A stretch of 64,000 bases of DNA from an uncultured Gemmatimonadales bacterium (lineage in GTDB: Bacteria > Gemmatimonadota > Gemmatimonadetes > Longimicrobiales > RSA9): the NCBI GenBank assembly GCA_963783305.1, contig CAWAMW010000002.1:480001-544000 (forward strand). The letters run 5' to 3'. The translations under genes and the position numbers were made by a program. The notes beneath the pieces are model-generated. The model had not been told where the DNA came from. It saw only the letters and a list, made by a program, of their open reading frames with translations, and made no database searches. Below are positions 53,845 to 64,000 of this stretch, piece by piece (position 1 is the first letter of the stretch; the number at the start of each line of letters is the position of its first letter).

Positions 53845-55518
53845 ATGAGCAGGCATCCCAGCACAGCACCTCTCCTCCTCGCCGTCGCTCCCGCGTCCAT
53901 CGCCGTCCGTCTCGCGCGGACCCTCGCGGGCGCGGTCCTGGGCACCGCCCTCGGCCTGGCCGTGAGTCTCGGCGTCGTGGTATACGAGGCCCGGGTGGAT
54001 AACCGGTTCCTGGAGTCCACGGACGACATCATGAGCCTCCGGGCGGTGCCGATCCCCGCGGGGTTCCTGGCTGGCGCGATCGGGGGTTGGGGCGGGCCCG
54101 TGCTCCTGGCCGCCGGCGGCGCCGGCGGCGTGGCTGGCGGGGTCCTGGGCGCATTGGCCGGCGCGGCGGTCGGAGATATGGCCACAGACGCGCGCTCGGG
54201 CCCGTGGGCTGGCGGGGTCATGGGGAGCGCGGTCGGAGTCCTGCTGGGCATGGCGGCCGGCCTGATCTGGGCGCGCGCCCGCCGGAGGCGCGATCCTCCC
54301 GGAGCCCCCCGGGCCGCCGCGTCAGCGGCTCTGCTGCTGGCCGCGTCGGCCGCGTGGCTGACCGGGTGTGGCGGCGAAGCGCCAGCGCTGCCGGAGGTGC
54401 CGGCGGCGCCACCGGTGGGCGGTGAGGACGTGGCGAGCGTCCTGTTCCTCTTCGGCGACCCGGGCAAGGCGCGGTATTTGAAGTATCCGATCCTGCCGAA
54501 GCTGGCGCGGGAGGTCGATACCTGGAGCGCGCGGCTCGATCGCGATTCTTCCGTGGTCGTGGTCGCTCTGGGCGACATCATCTACCCTGACGGGATGCGG
54601 GATCCGGACCCGGCGTCCCCGGCCTTCGAGATCGACTCCCTCCGGGTCGAGAGTCACATCGACGTCGTTCGCGGCGCCGGGGCCAGGAGCCATGGTGCGC
54701 GGCTCTATTTTCTCGCCGGCAACCACGACTGGGGCCTGGCTGAGGATCGCGTGGGCACGACGCATCTGAAGAACCTGGGGCGGTTCATCGATCGGGCGCG
54801 GGCGCGCGACGACGTGAACGTGGACCTGGTGCCGGAGGCCGGGACGGGGATGCCGTACGTGGTGGATCTCGAGCACGTGCGCCTGGTGCTGCTGGACACC
54901 GCATGGTGGATCTTCGACGCGGAGCCGAATCGCAAGGAAGCCATGCTGGAGCGCGTTGCGGAGGCCCTGGCCACGGCGGGGGAGCGCGAAGTGATCATCG
55001 CCGCGCATCACCCGTACGCCTCGGCAGGCCCACACGGTGGCGAGACCACGGTGTGGAAGGACCTGGGGATCCGCTTTCTGATGGCCCGGAGCGGCGCCAT
55101 GCTGCAGTCGCTGGACTCCCGAGTCTATGGCGAGCTGCACGCCGGGCTCCAGGACGTCTTTGCGCGGGTCGAACGTCCGCTGGCGTTCATCGGGGGGCAC
55201 GAGCACTCGCTCCAGGTGATCCGGGGTGACTCGGCCACGGCTCCGCGCTACAGCATGGTTTCCGGCTCGGCCAGCAAGCTCACTCCCGTCGGGTGGCTGC
55301 CGGGAATGCTCTACCGGCGCTCCGCGCCCGGCTACATGCGGGTGGTCGTGCGGAAGAGCGGCGCGGTGGACCTGTACGTGGAGGCCGCTCCGGAGCAATT
55401 CCTCGTCTGCCCGGATGATCCGGACGCGGCCATGGACTGGGAGCGGTGCATGGAAGAGGGGGTCGCGAGCTACGAGACCGTGTTCTCCATGCGGCTCAGC
55501 GAGCCCGGCGGCTCCTGA
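53845..55518 (+). CDS. Calcineurin-like metallophosphoesterase with an N-terminal membrane region
   Basis: GDPG, GDIIY, GNHD, HHP, GHEH. Confidence 0.85.
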   Translation: MSRHPSTAPLLLAVAPASIAVRLARTLAGAVLGTALGLAVSLGVVVYEARVDNRFLESTDDIMSLRAVPIPAGFLAGAIGGWGGPVLLAAGGAGGVAGGVLGALAGAAVGDMATDARSGPWAGGVMGSAVGVLLGMAAGLIWARARRRRDPPGAPRAAASAALLLAASAAWLTGCGGEAPALPEVPAAPPVGGEDVASVLFLFGDPGKARYLKYPILPKLAREVDTWSARLDRDSSVVVVALGDIIYPDGMRDPDPASPAFEIDSLRVESHIDVVRGAGARSHGARLYFLAGNHDWGLAEDRVGTTHLKNLGRFIDRARARDDVNVDLVPEAGTGMPYVVDLEHVRLVLLDTAWWIFDAEPNRKEAMLERVAEALATAGEREVIIAAHHPYASAGPHGGETTVWKDLGIRFLMARSGAMLQSLDSRVYGELHAGLQDVFARVERPLAFIGGHEHSLQVIRGDSATAPRYSMVSGSASKLTPVGWLPGMLYRRSAPGYMRVVVRKSGAVDLYVEAAPEQFLVCPDDPDAAMDWERCMEEGVASYETVFSMRLSEPGGS

Positions 55519-55604
55519 CCACTGCGCGCGACCGGCCGCCCGCTTCCGGCGCGCCCGGGGCCGGCCATGCGTAGCACCGCCGACCCGCCGGTGCTACTGG
55601 CCTG

Positions 55605-56084
55605 TCAGCAGCCCGAGAAACCGTGGTACCCGAGCTCATTGGGCTCGCCCTCCAGTCGCAGGACGAACTCGGCCGGGAACGGCTCGTCACCTTCCGGGTC
55701 CTCCAGCGGGCGGACAGTCACGCTCACACCGCCATCCGCGTACACGCCCCCGCCGCGGGCCACCAGCGGCACCAGCTTTCCGTTCAGCTTGATTACGCCG
55801 GTCTGCGGGCCATAAATGACGATGGGGAGTCCCACCCGGGTGTACCGGAACACGCAGGCCTCGCCCGCGTCGGGGACGTTCCGGACATCCGCCTCGGTCA
55901 TCACCTCTGCCACGAGCAGGTGGGTGCCCACGCCCGTGAGGGCCTCGCTTGCGCTCGCCAGCTCCGCCGGCAGCGATGGCGGGTCGAGCGACGCCTCGCG
56001 GTCGTTCCCCGGAGCGGTGTTCTCCACGCAGCCGGTCACCAGGGCCGTCAGAACCAGGAACGGAAGGAAGCCGACGCGGATCAT
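55605..56084 (-). CDS. Lipoprotein of unknown function (possibly DUF6692-like)
   Basis: VTGC lipobox; 4-bp overlap with the DUF305 gene. Confidence 0.7.
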   Translation of the reverse strand: MIRVGFLPFLVLTALVTGCVENTAPGNDREASLDPPSLPAELASASEALTGVGTHLLVAEVMTEADVRNVPDAGEACVFRYTRVGLPIVIYGPQTGVIKLNGKLVPLVARGGGVYADGGVSVTVRPLEDPEGDEPFPAEFVLRLEGEPNELGYHGFSGC

Positions 56085-56578
56085 GGCGTTGCCTCCTCTC
56101 CGGAAGAAGTCCGGACCCCTTCGGCCTCGATCTTGGCGATGAGGTAGCGCATCTCCGCGATCTCACGCCGTTGCGCCGTGATGATCCCCTTTGCCAGCTC
56201 CCGGGTCCGGGGGTCACGGATGTGGGCCCGTTCGCTGGTCATGACCGCGATGGAGTGGTGCGGGATCATGGCTTTCATGTACGCGACGTCGTCAATGGTC
56301 TGCTGGCTCCGCACGAGCCACAGCGCGCCCACGAAGACCACGACGGACCCGATGTAGATGGCCGCGTTCTTCATGGGATCCTTGTACATCCCCAGCATGA
56401 ACGAGAGCATGATGAGCGCCATCGACGCGCCCATGACGAACGCCATCCAGAACCGTGTCTCGCTCCAGAACACGTGGTCCCAGGCGAACGTGTTCAGGTA
56501 CATGAGACCGAACATGACCGCCGTCGATGTCGCGATCATGGCGAGGAATCGTCGATACTTCATCCCACCCTCCGACAT
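56081..56578 (-). CDS. DUF305 domain membrane protein
   Basis: YMKAMIPHHSIAV...II.AQRREIAEM. Confidence 0.88.
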   Translation of the reverse strand: MSEGGMKYRRFLAMIATSTAVMFGLMYLNTFAWDHVFWSETRFWMAFVMGASMALIMLSFMLGMYKDPMKNAAIYIGSVVVFVGALWLVRSQQTIDDVAYMKAMIPHHSIAVMTSERAHIRDPRTRELAKGIITAQRREIAEMRYLIAKIEAEGVRTSSGEEATP

Positions 56579-56799
56579 GTCCACTCCTGTTCCGGTTGCG
56601 TTTCCCACATTCACGTGCCGGTCCGCGGCCGCGGTGGGGGGCTCAGCGGCCGCCCACCTGAATTCGCCGCGCTTTTGACCGCAGGAGCCACGCCACTGCC
56701 GGGATGCACGGGTGCGCCTACCCTCACGCGAGGTTCAGCGCCACCGAACCCGCGATCGAGGCCACGGCCGTGTCCAGCGCCGATTCGCGCCGCGGACGT

Positions 56800-57582
56800 T
56801 CACCTCTCCAGAAGCTGCGCGTCCGGCGGCACGAGCACGAGCCGGACGCCCATGCTGAAGTGGGGGGCGTACTCCAGCGGAACCGGATAGAGCGGCTGAA
56901 TCGGCTCGCCATTCGACCGCTGCCAGCCATAGAGGGCGGTGGCGAGGCTGTCCCCACTGGAGTCCGCCAACCGCACGACGTCGATCTTGTGGCCGGCCAC
57001 GAACTCGCCCGGCGGTGAGCCCGGCTGCCGCTGCGCCTGCACGAGCCGGCTGTGCCGCTCGAAATACCGCACACTGCCCATGTGCTCATCCGGCCGGATC
57101 CGGATCGGGACCAGCCGGGTGTCGGCCGCGGCCCAGATGGCGTCCACGAGCTGCGGCGTCGGCAGCGAGCCGCCCACCAGCCGGGCCACCCGAAGAGCCG
57201 TTCCCGGCGAGAGCGGCGTGTACAGGAAGTCTTCATCCGACCCCACGGCCAGGTAGTCCCGGGTGACCCAGAACGCCGCCGGCCGCGCGTCCGCGCCGCT
57301 GTCCACAGCCAACTCTACTCGTTCGAGCGGACGCAGCCAGTCCGGGACGTTCCCGCGTGCCAGCTCGGCGTAGATCCTCTCCTCCCGCGCCTCCACGCCG
57401 AGCTCCCCGATCTCGTCGGCCACCTGCCTGCCGCCCGGCGCATCGGCCGGCCTCGGCGGCAGGTCGAGCGTGGGGCCGGCCGCGGTTCCTGGGCCGCCCT
57501 CGCAGGCCGCGGACCCCACCACTGCGAGAAGCACCAGGGCCGCGCCCGCGAGGGAGCGCAGCCGGGGGGCGCGGCCGGTCAC
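56800..57582 (-). CDS. Conserved hypothetical lipoprotein
   Basis: SAAC lipobox; GNVP.WLR, DYLAVGSD.DF, LPT...VD.IW, AGHK.DVV, YGW....G.PIQP. Confidence 0.7.
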   Translation of the reverse strand: MTGRAPRLRSLAGAALVLLAVVGSAACEGGPGTAAGPTLDLPPRPADAPGGRQVADEIGELGVEAREERIYAELARGNVPDWLRPLERVELAVDSGADARPAAFWVTRDYLAVGSDEDFLYTPLSPGTALRVARLVGGSLPTPQLVDAIWAAADTRLVPIRIRPDEHMGSVRYFERHSRLVQAQRQPGSPPGEFVAGHKIDVVRLADSSGDSLATALYGWQRSNGEPIQPLYPVPLEYAPHFSMGVRLVLVPPDAQLLER

Positions 57583-57585
57583 CCG

Positions 57586-59136
57586 CTATACCGCCCGGCG
57601 GACCGGCGCCCAGAGCGGCCGCGAGACGGCCACGAGCGCCAGAGCCAGAGCCAGCGCCAGCGCCAGCCAGGTACCCCTGCCCCAGGACGACCAGGTGGCC
57701 GCGTTATTCGCGGCCGCCCGGGGCGCCGGCGTCTCGTCATCAACCTTCCACGCGGTCCAGCTCTTTCCGGCGAACTCGGGTTCCCGCTCGTCCACGCGTA
57801 TCGCCATCTTCACATCCTCCCCCGCGCGGTGGAACGCGACGGTGTACGGGCCCCTCAGCATGAAGAACGTGGTATCGGACTCCGCGAACAGGCGCGTCCG
57901 CACCTTCCCCCGCGGCTGGTACGTCAGGTAGCCCTCGTTCTCGAGTCGGATGAAATAGTGTCTGCGCTCGGGCGCCGCGGTGTACGTCCCGACTCCGGAC
58001 TGGTAGGTCCCTGCGTAGCGCCCGAGCACCGCCGGATCCACCGTGACCGATCTCGCCGAGGACGGCGGGTCAGGGAACAGAAGGTCCCTTCCGATCCAGT
58101 CGGCGAACCCCCGCGTGTTCGCGAGCAGGACCGTACCGATGCCCGCCGCCGGGTCGAGGGACATCAGCGCACTGAACCCCGCGGTGCCCCCGGCGTGCGT
58201 CAACAGCGGAGGCTGCCGCGCGACCGTGTACGTCCGCCAGGAGAAGCCGTAGCCCTCGTCCTCTTCGGGAGTCCCGCGCTCCACCCGGATCTCCTGGGCC
58301 AGCCGCACCGCCGGAGCCAGCTCCGTCGTGGCCGGGCGGGCGTTCGCCTTCAGGAACTTCAACATGTCCCCGGCGCTCGACCATAGACCGGTGGCTCCAC
58401 GCATCACGTCCGTGGACTCCGAGTACGGCACCACGTCCCCGTCCACGTGGCCACGAGCCCTCCGCCCCTCCGCCCCGCCCTCCAGCGCGTAGCCCGTCTG
58501 TTCCATGCCCAGCGGCTCCAGGACCCGCTCGCGCAGCAGCTCCGCGTACCCGCGCCCCGCGGCCCGCGACAGCGCCTCGCCCAGGAGAGCGTAGCCGATG
58601 GTCGAGAACCGATAGACTCGCCCCGGCGCCCGCTCGAGCGCATGATCCGACACCCGCTCGTACAGCTCTTCCCGCGTCACATCCCCTTCCCCGGCCGCAG
58701 GGCCCGCCGGAAGCCCCGACCAATGCGTCGCCAGGTCGCCGAGGGTGACCTCATGATCGCCGAACGAGGGGACAGTCACGTCTGCCGGAAGGTACTTCGC
58801 CACCGGGTCATCCAACGCAACGACTCCCCGGCTCACCATTTCCCCCAACAGCGTCCCCGTGAAGGTCATGGTGAGCGCACCCAGCTCGAACAGCGTGCCC
58901 GGGCCCAGCTCACCTCCACCCGGCCCAGCGCTCCCGTAGGCGACCATGCTCGTGGTCCCGTCCACGTCCAGCACCCCCAGCACGATCCCCGGCGTCTCGC
59001 CATCTTCCACGAGGTACCGGAGCATCGTCTCGAGGTCGTCGTCGGGAGGGAAATGCTGCGCGCCGGCCGCGCCCGGTGAGAGCACGAGCCCGCCCACCAC
59101 GATCAGACCGCATGCTGCGATGGCCGCTGTCTTCAT
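57586..59136 (-). CDS. Beta-lactamase-fold protein lacking catalytic residues, with a C-terminal TM anchor
   Basis: Paralog of 9648..11372, but SINK is ALTM and YSN is FST. Confidence 0.85.
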   Translation of the reverse strand: MKTAAIAACGLIVVGGLVLSPGAAGAQHFPPDDDLETMLRYLVEDGETPGIVLGVLDVDGTTSMVAYGSAGPGGGELGPGTLFELGALTMTFTGTLLGEMVSRGVVALDDPVAKYLPADVTVPSFGDHEVTLGDLATHWSGLPAGPAAGEGDVTREELYERVSDHALERAPGRVYRFSTIGYALLGEALSRAAGRGYAELLRERVLEPLGMEQTGYALEGGAEGRRARGHVDGDVVPYSESTDVMRGATGLWSSAGDMLKFLKANARPATTELAPAVRLAQEIRVERGTPEEDEGYGFSWRTYTVARQPPLLTHAGGTAGFSALMSLDPAAGIGTVLLANTRGFADWIGRDLLFPDPPSSARSVTVDPAVLGRYAGTYQSGVGTYTAAPERRHYFIRLENEGYLTYQPRGKVRTRLFAESDTTFFMLRGPYTVAFHRAGEDVKMAIRVDEREPEFAGKSWTAWKVDDETPAPRAAANNAATWSSWGRGTWLALALALALALVAVSRPLWAPVRRAV

Positions 59137-59175
59137 GGCGTCTCCTTTCGAGGGAGGCGTTCAGGACGTGGGAGC

Positions 59176-59246
59176 AACGTATCCGGCCCGGCCCATCGGT
59201 GTCAACTAAACACTTGGTTGACAGGGGGCCAACCCTCCCACACGTT
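59176..59246. promoter_or_regulatory. Back-to-back sigma70 promoters sharing the palindrome TGTCAACTAAACACTTGGTTGACA (59200..59223), probable BlaI operator
   Basis: TTGACA on both strands, with -10 elements CACGTT (59241, +) and TACGTT (59176..59181, -). Confidence 0.75.
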
Positions 59247-59279
59247 GCCCACAGCCATCCACACACACACGGAGCCGCA

Positions 59280-59651
59280 ATGGAGATCCAGTTCACCGAG
59301 CGAGAATCGGACATCATGGCGGTGCTGTGGGAGATGGGCCCGGCCACGGTGGCCGAGGTACGGGGGCGTCTGACGGACGAGCTGGCGTACAACACGGTGC
59401 TGACGATGCTGCGTATCCTGGAGGAGAAGGGATACGTGGGTCACGAGGAGGAGGGGCGGGCCCATCGTTTTCACGTGCTCGTGAAGCGGGAGCAGGCGAC
59501 GGAGAGCGCGGTGCGGAGCGTGGTGCGGAGGCTGTGCGGCGGCTCACCGTCGCTGCTGTTGACGCAGCTCGTCCGTCAGCGGGACCTTCCGGACGAGGAG
59601 CTGAAGAGGCTGAGGGCGCTGATCGACCAGCGGCTGGAGGGCGGATCGTGA
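59280..59651 (+). CDS. blaI: BlaI/MecI/CopY family repressor
   Basis: TERESDIMAVLW..GPATVAEV...LAYNTVLTMLRILEEKG. Confidence 0.92.
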   Translation: MEIQFTERESDIMAVLWEMGPATVAEVRGRLTDELAYNTVLTMLRILEEKGYVGHEEEGRAHRFHVLVKREQATESAVRSVVRRLCGGSPSLLLTQLVRQRDLPDEELKRLRALIDQRLEGGS

Positions 59652-60625
59652 TGGGCGCCTGGATGCTCTACGCGAGCGGTGTGGGGGGTGTGCTGGCGGT
59701 TGCGGGCATGCTGGCGGAGCGGGGGCTTCGCCACCTGGGGCTGCCGGTACGGTGGGTCTGGGTCGCCGCGATGGCAGGGACGATCACCGTGATGACCGGG
59801 CTCACTGGCACGACCGTCCTCACTGTGGCGGCCGGCGCGGTAATGGGCCTCGGTACGTTGTCGGACCGGCTCCTCCTGCTCGGCTGGGCGGTGGGTGCCC
59901 TCGTGCTGACGGCGAACCTGCGGCTCTCGGCGTGGACACTGCGACGGAACCAGCGATCGTGGGGGACGCGCCGGCTGGAGGGAGGGACGGTTCTGGTGTC
60001 GGCGGACTTTGGCCCGGGGGTGGTGGGGGCGTCGCGCCCGCGGATCGTGGTCCCGGGCTGGGTGCTGGGCTCGGGATCGTCGCTGGAGCGGTTGATCATG
60101 ACGCACGAGCGGGAACATGTGCGGGCCGGCGACGCGCGACTGCTGTTGTTGGGGAATATCCTGCCTGCGCTGATTCCGTGGTGCCTGCCCCTCTGGTGGC
60201 AGCGGTATCGGTTGCGGAGCGCGGTGGAGACGGACTGCGATGCTCGCGTTCTGCGTGCAACAGGCCGCCCCCGGGAGTATGCCCGCGCGCTCGTCGACGT
60301 TGCCGGGCGGACGGGGCGAGGGTTTGCGCCGGTGCCGGCCCTTGCCCCGGCGCGGGCCGAGCTGGAGCGCCGGATCCGGCTGATCACCGCGAGCGCCGCG
60401 GACCGGTCGAGATCGGCGGCCCTCCTGTCGCTGACGGCTGCCGCGGCCCTGGTTTTCTCCCTCGTGGCGGTGCCCAGGCCGGCTCCGGACGTCCGGTCGC
60501 CAGACGGCCGGTACGGCTCCCCGGGCCACAGCGCTGCCACCGCACCCGTTGATGCCGAGGCACCCAGCGCGGTGGTGCTCTTTTCCGTCCCCGGGAACTC
60601 GAACGCTCCGAACCGTTTACATTAG
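59651..60625 (+). CDS. BlaR1-like M56 metallopeptidase without a penicillin-binding sensor domain
   Basis: GPGVVG..RPRIVVP, HEREH, ETDCDARVL, YARAL; short C-terminus. Confidence 0.88.
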   Translation: MGAWMLYASGVGGVLAVAGMLAERGLRHLGLPVRWVWVAAMAGTITVMTGLTGTTVLTVAAGAVMGLGTLSDRLLLLGWAVGALVLTANLRLSAWTLRRNQRSWGTRRLEGGTVLVSADFGPGVVGASRPRIVVPGWVLGSGSSLERLIMTHEREHVRAGDARLLLLGNILPALIPWCLPLWWQRYRLRSAVETDCDARVLRATGRPREYARALVDVAGRTGRGFAPVPALAPARAELERRIRLITASAADRSRSAALLSLTAAAALVFSLVAVPRPAPDVRSPDGRYGSPGHSAATAPVDAEAPSAVVLFSVPGNSNAPNRLH

Positions 60626-60740
60626 CTCAGCCCGGGCAGAGGGCCCGCGTCCCGGTGTGGCTCGGAACGTCTCCGTTCCGGCGCAATTCCTGCCCTACGA
60701 TGATTGATTGCTGAACCCTATCTCCGTCCGAGGACTACAG

Positions 60741-61292
60741 ATGGCTCTTGATCCCCACGATCCCGAACGCGTGCGGCACGCCGAGCTGCCACTCGAGCGC
60801 GACCTGTTCCTGCGCTCGCTCCTGCGGGAGCTGTCCGGCACGCTGGAGGACGTGGTAGGGCTGCAGGAAGCGAGCGGATTCGTCTCGGTGGTGGGGCAGC
60901 GGATCGGGGACCAGATCAACCGGGACTACCGTACCGCCCTGCGCGTCGATCGCCTCACGCGGGAGGAGGTCGCCCGTGTCCTGGTGGACCTGAAACGCCG
61001 GATCCAGGGCGATTTTTACATCATCGAGGAGAGCGACGAGCGGATCGTCCTCGGGAATCGGGCGTGCCCCTTCGGCGACAAGGTGAAGGGGCGCCCGTCG
61101 CTGTGCATGATGACGTCGAACGTATTCGGGACCATCGCCGCCGAGAACACCGGGTACGGGAAGGTGGAGCTGAAGGAGACGATCGCCTCGGGGGCCCCGG
61201 AGTGCCGCGTCGTCGTATATCTGGAGCCGACCGAGGAGGCGGACGCCGCCCCCGGTCGCGAGTACTTCGAGCTGCGGGACGCGACGCCGTGA
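60741..61292 (+). CDS. Methanogen output domain 1 (V4R-like) protein
   Basis: [44 protein letters not shown]...C.V. Confidence 0.8.
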   Translation: MALDPHDPERVRHAELPLERDLFLRSLLRELSGTLEDVVGLQEASGFVSVVGQRIGDQINRDYRTALRVDRLTREEVARVLVDLKRRIQGDFYIIEESDERIVLGNRACPFGDKVKGRPSLCMMTSNVFGTIAAENTGYGKVELKETIASGAPECRVVVYLEPTEEADAAPGREYFELRDATP

Positions 61293-63382
61293 ATCCGGCC
61301 GATTTCCGTGCCTTTGCCCACCTCCTCCCGGATGCCTGCCTGCTCGTCCAGGCCGACGGAGAGGTCCTGGGCGTCAACCCGGCGGCCGAGCGACTCCTGC
61401 GAACGAGCCGCGAAACCCTCGAGGGCGGGAACCTGCAGCGGCTCGTGGCCGGCGCGCTCGACGACGTCCGCAGCTACCTGGAGTCGGCGTCTCGCACCCG
61501 CGGGCCGGTCTCGGGCGGGCTGACCTTCCGCGGCGAGGAGGAGATCGCGTGTACGTGCCTCGGCGGGCTGGTCGCGCCGCCGCGGGAGGGTGAGCCGGCC
61601 CTGCTCCTCCTGCGCATGCAGGAGCGCGGGGCCTCCACCAATCGGTTCCGACTGTTGAACGAACAGGTGGACCGCCTGAGCGCAGAAGTGCGCCGCCGGC
61701 AGCGGGCGGAGCGCGAGCTGGAACAGCGGGCCAGGCAGCTCGAGGAGATCACGGCTCGGCTGGAGCGGAACCGGGCGCTGCTCGAGGAGTCGCAGCGGAG
61801 CGCCTGCGTCGGTAGCTGGGAGTGGGACGTCGGGACCGGGGCGCTCACCTGGTCGGAGGAGCTGTACCGGATCTACGGCCTGGACCCCGCCGCCGGCGAG
61901 ATCACCTTCGATCGCTTCCAGTCCCTGATCCACCCCGAAGACCAGGACCGGGTCCGGGAGATCATCGCAGGGGCGATCGAGAGCGGTGAGCCATTCTCCT
62001 TCGAACACCGGATCGTGCGGCCGGACGGCGCCATCCGCACGCTCCACGGCCGCGGCCGCGGGATCACAACGCCCGACGGCCGGGTCACCCGGATGCTGGG
62101 CAGCGGTCAGGACATCACCGGGCGGAAGCGGGAGGAGGAGCGGGCTCACTTTCTCGCCGAGGCCGGCCACCTGCTCACGACATCGCTGGACTACCAGGAG
62201 ACGCTCCGGCGGGTGGCGGAGCTGGCGGTGCCGCACATCGCTGACTGGGCCGCCGTGGACGTGATCCATGACGGCGAGATCCGTCGTCTGGCCGTAGCGC
62301 ACCCCGACCCCGCCAAGCTCGCCATCGTCGAGGAGATCGCCCGCCGCTGGCCGGAGGATTCGCAGAAGCCCGGTGTCATCACCCGGGTGCAGCGCACGGG
62401 GGAGGCAATCCTGCTCCCGGAGATCCCCGGGTCCATCCTGGAGGAGAGCGCGCAGAGCGAGGAGCACCTGCGCATGCTGAAGGAGCTCCGGCTGCGGTCG
62501 GGGATGATCGTCCCCCTGGAGGCCCGCGATCAGATTCTCGGCTCCATCACGTTCATCGCCTCGGACTCCGGCCGCACCTTCGGGGAGCCCGACCTGAACC
62601 TCGCTCGCGAGCTGGCCGACCGCGCCGCACTCGCCGTGGACAACGCGCGCCTCTACCAGGAATCACAACAGGCGAGCCGGGCCCGCGACGACCTGATGGC
62701 CATCGTCTCTCACGACCTCCGTAGCCCGCTGAACGCCGTCCTCGCCGGGGCCAGCCTCCTCCTCGACGTACCGCTGAGCCAGGAGAAACGCGAGCGCCAG
62801 TACGCCTCGATAAAACGCTCCGCCGAGCGCATGGAGCGGCTCACCCGCGATCTTCTCGATATCACACGGATCGAGTCGGGACACCTGAAGGTCGAGCCCC
62901 GGTCCGAGGACGTGCGGTCGCTGGTGGCCGAGGCGCTCGAGGCCGCCACCTTCGCCGCCGGACGCACCGGCGTGTTCCTCTCCGCCGAGGTGCCCGACAA
63001 CCTCCCCCCGGCACGGGCCGACCACGCGCGCGTGCTGCAGGTACTGGACAACCTCCTGTCCAACGCCATCCGCCACACGCCGGAGGGTGGACGGGTTACG
63101 GCGGCCGTGGACTCCCTGCGGGACACCCTCCGGTTCCGCGTGAGCGACACGGGGGGTGGGATACCGGACGAGCTGCGGGACCACGTCTTCGACCGCTACT
63201 GGCAGGGAGAGCACGCGGACCACGGGGGCGCCGGTCTCGGTCTGCCCATTGCCAAAGGCATCGTGGACGCGCACGGAGGCCGGATCTGGCTCCAGACCAC
63301 CCCCGGACACGGCACAACGTTCTACTTCACCCTCCCTATTGCCACCGGTCAGGACGAGGAGGACGGCTCCGCCGTCGCCTGA
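61289..63382 (+). CDS. Cytoplasmic PAS-PAS-GAF histidine kinase
   Basis: PAS (GSWEWD..HPED), [27 protein letters not shown] overlap with the upstream gene. Confidence 0.92.
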   Translation: MNPADFRAFAHLLPDACLLVQADGEVLGVNPAAERLLRTSRETLEGGNLQRLVAGALDDVRSYLESASRTRGPVSGGLTFRGEEEIACTCLGGLVAPPREGEPALLLLRMQERGASTNRFRLLNEQVDRLSAEVRRRQRAERELEQRARQLEEITARLERNRALLEESQRSACVGSWEWDVGTGALTWSEELYRIYGLDPAAGEITFDRFQSLIHPEDQDRVREIIAGAIESGEPFSFEHRIVRPDGAIRTLHGRGRGITTPDGRVTRMLGSGQDITGRKREEERAHFLAEAGHLLTTSLDYQETLRRVAELAVPHIADWAAVDVIHDGEIRRLAVAHPDPAKLAIVEEIARRWPEDSQKPGVITRVQRTGEAILLPEIPGSILEESAQSEEHLRMLKELRLRSGMIVPLEARDQILGSITFIASDSGRTFGEPDLNLARELADRAALAVDNARLYQESQQASRARDDLMAIVSHDLRSPLNAVLAGASLLLDVPLSQEKRERQYASIKRSAERMERLTRDLLDITRIESGHLKVEPRSEDVRSLVAEALEAATFAAGRTGVFLSAEVPDNLPPARADHARVLQVLDNLLSNAIRHTPEGGRVTAAVDSLRDTLRFRVSDTGGGIPDELRDHVFDRYWQGEHADHGGAGLGLPIAKGIVDAHGGRIWLQTTPGHGTTFYFTLPIATGQDEEDGSAVA

Positions 63383-63399
63383 TCAGGGACCGCGCCCGC

Positions 63400-63954
63400 T
63401 CAGTGGCCGGAACCCGTGGTGTCGCTGGGAGCCGGTTCCACGGGGAGCATGAGGTCCTCGAGGAAGAACGCCGCCAGCTCGGCCCGACCGGACAGCGACG
63501 CCTTGCGGTAGACCGAGGCTGCATGCTGCCGCACCGTCTGGTCGCTCCGGTCGGTGCTGCGAGCAATGGACTTGTGGCTGTGCCCCTTCATCAGTAGCAG
63601 CGCCACCTCGCGCTCGGCGGGCGTGAGCTCCCACCGCGAGAACTGCTCGCTGATGGCCCGGCCGAACCCGTGGAGGGCGTGCTCCGCGCTGTCCCGGAAC
63701 GCATCCCGCTCCGCCTTGCGCGCCTCCAGGGACCGACGCAGCTCACGCACGGAACGGGCACTCCGCCACCAGCCCAGCCAGAGCGTGGTCGCCATGAGCA
63801 TGGCGCCCGTGAGCATCAGCGTCTCGAACACGACGTGGAAGCTGAGCCAGCTCTCCGGCTGATCCAGCATCAGGTCGATGGTCCCGCCGATGATGATCGA
63901 GGCCAGGGCGATGGTCAGAACGCCCCTCAAGCGGCCCGAGGTCAGATCGTCCAT
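63400..63954 (-). CDS. Membrane-anchored LuxR-type regulator (paralog of 14348..14908)
   Basis: DL.LDQP.SW.SFHV.FE, WLGWW, WELTPAEREVALLLMKG. Confidence 0.9.
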   Translation of the reverse strand: MDDLTSGRLRGVLTIALASIIIGGTIDLMLDQPESWLSFHVVFETLMLTGAMLMATTLWLGWWRSARSVRELRRSLEARKAERDAFRDSAEHALHGFGRAISEQFSRWELTPAEREVALLLMKGHSHKSIARSTDRSDQTVRQHAASVYRKASLSGRAELAAFFLEDLMLPVEPAPSDTTGSGH

Positions 63955-64000
63955 TCTCCCGATCTACATCCGTTGCACCCCTCCCCCCCGGGCGCCGCTC

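Overview
High-GC bacterial DNA (roughly 70% GC by eye) that reads as an accessory, plastic region. The gene types (TPR-tailed Ser/Thr kinase with a TIGR02999-type ECF sigma, BlaI/M56, PEP-CTERM, many lipoproteins) suggest a diderm such as Gemmatimonadota; this is inference only. No rRNA, tRNA, transposase or cas gene was recognised. Main content: (1) A ~13 kb periplasmic redox island (20.3-33.0 kb) with a four-His cytochrome b-like protein, two Tat-Rieske proteins, a sigma54 two-component system, a porin plus binding protein, a second peroxidase, a tiny diheme lipoprotein and tsdBA. Its most notable gene is a tetraheme fusion of a cytochrome c peroxidase domain to a TsdA thiosulfate dehydrogenase domain. 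(2) Two copies of a ~0.3-0.4 kb element containing ~35-bp imperfect palindromes at an exact 61-bp period, one lying just downstream of an AbiEi/DUF559 nuclease gene. (3) A BlaI/M56 locus divergent from a catalytically dead, membrane-anchored beta-lactamase-like protein; its operator-like box recurs 50 kb away at an intact paralog. (4) A lipid A/undecaprenyl modification cassette, duplicated ArsR loci, a CarH-type B12 photoreceptor with an 11-bp repeat operator, and a fluoride riboswitch-crcB-DUF190 unit. (5) Many paralog pairs and gene remnants. Family names come from motifs recognised by eye, not from database searches, and several start codons were adjusted from the ORF track.
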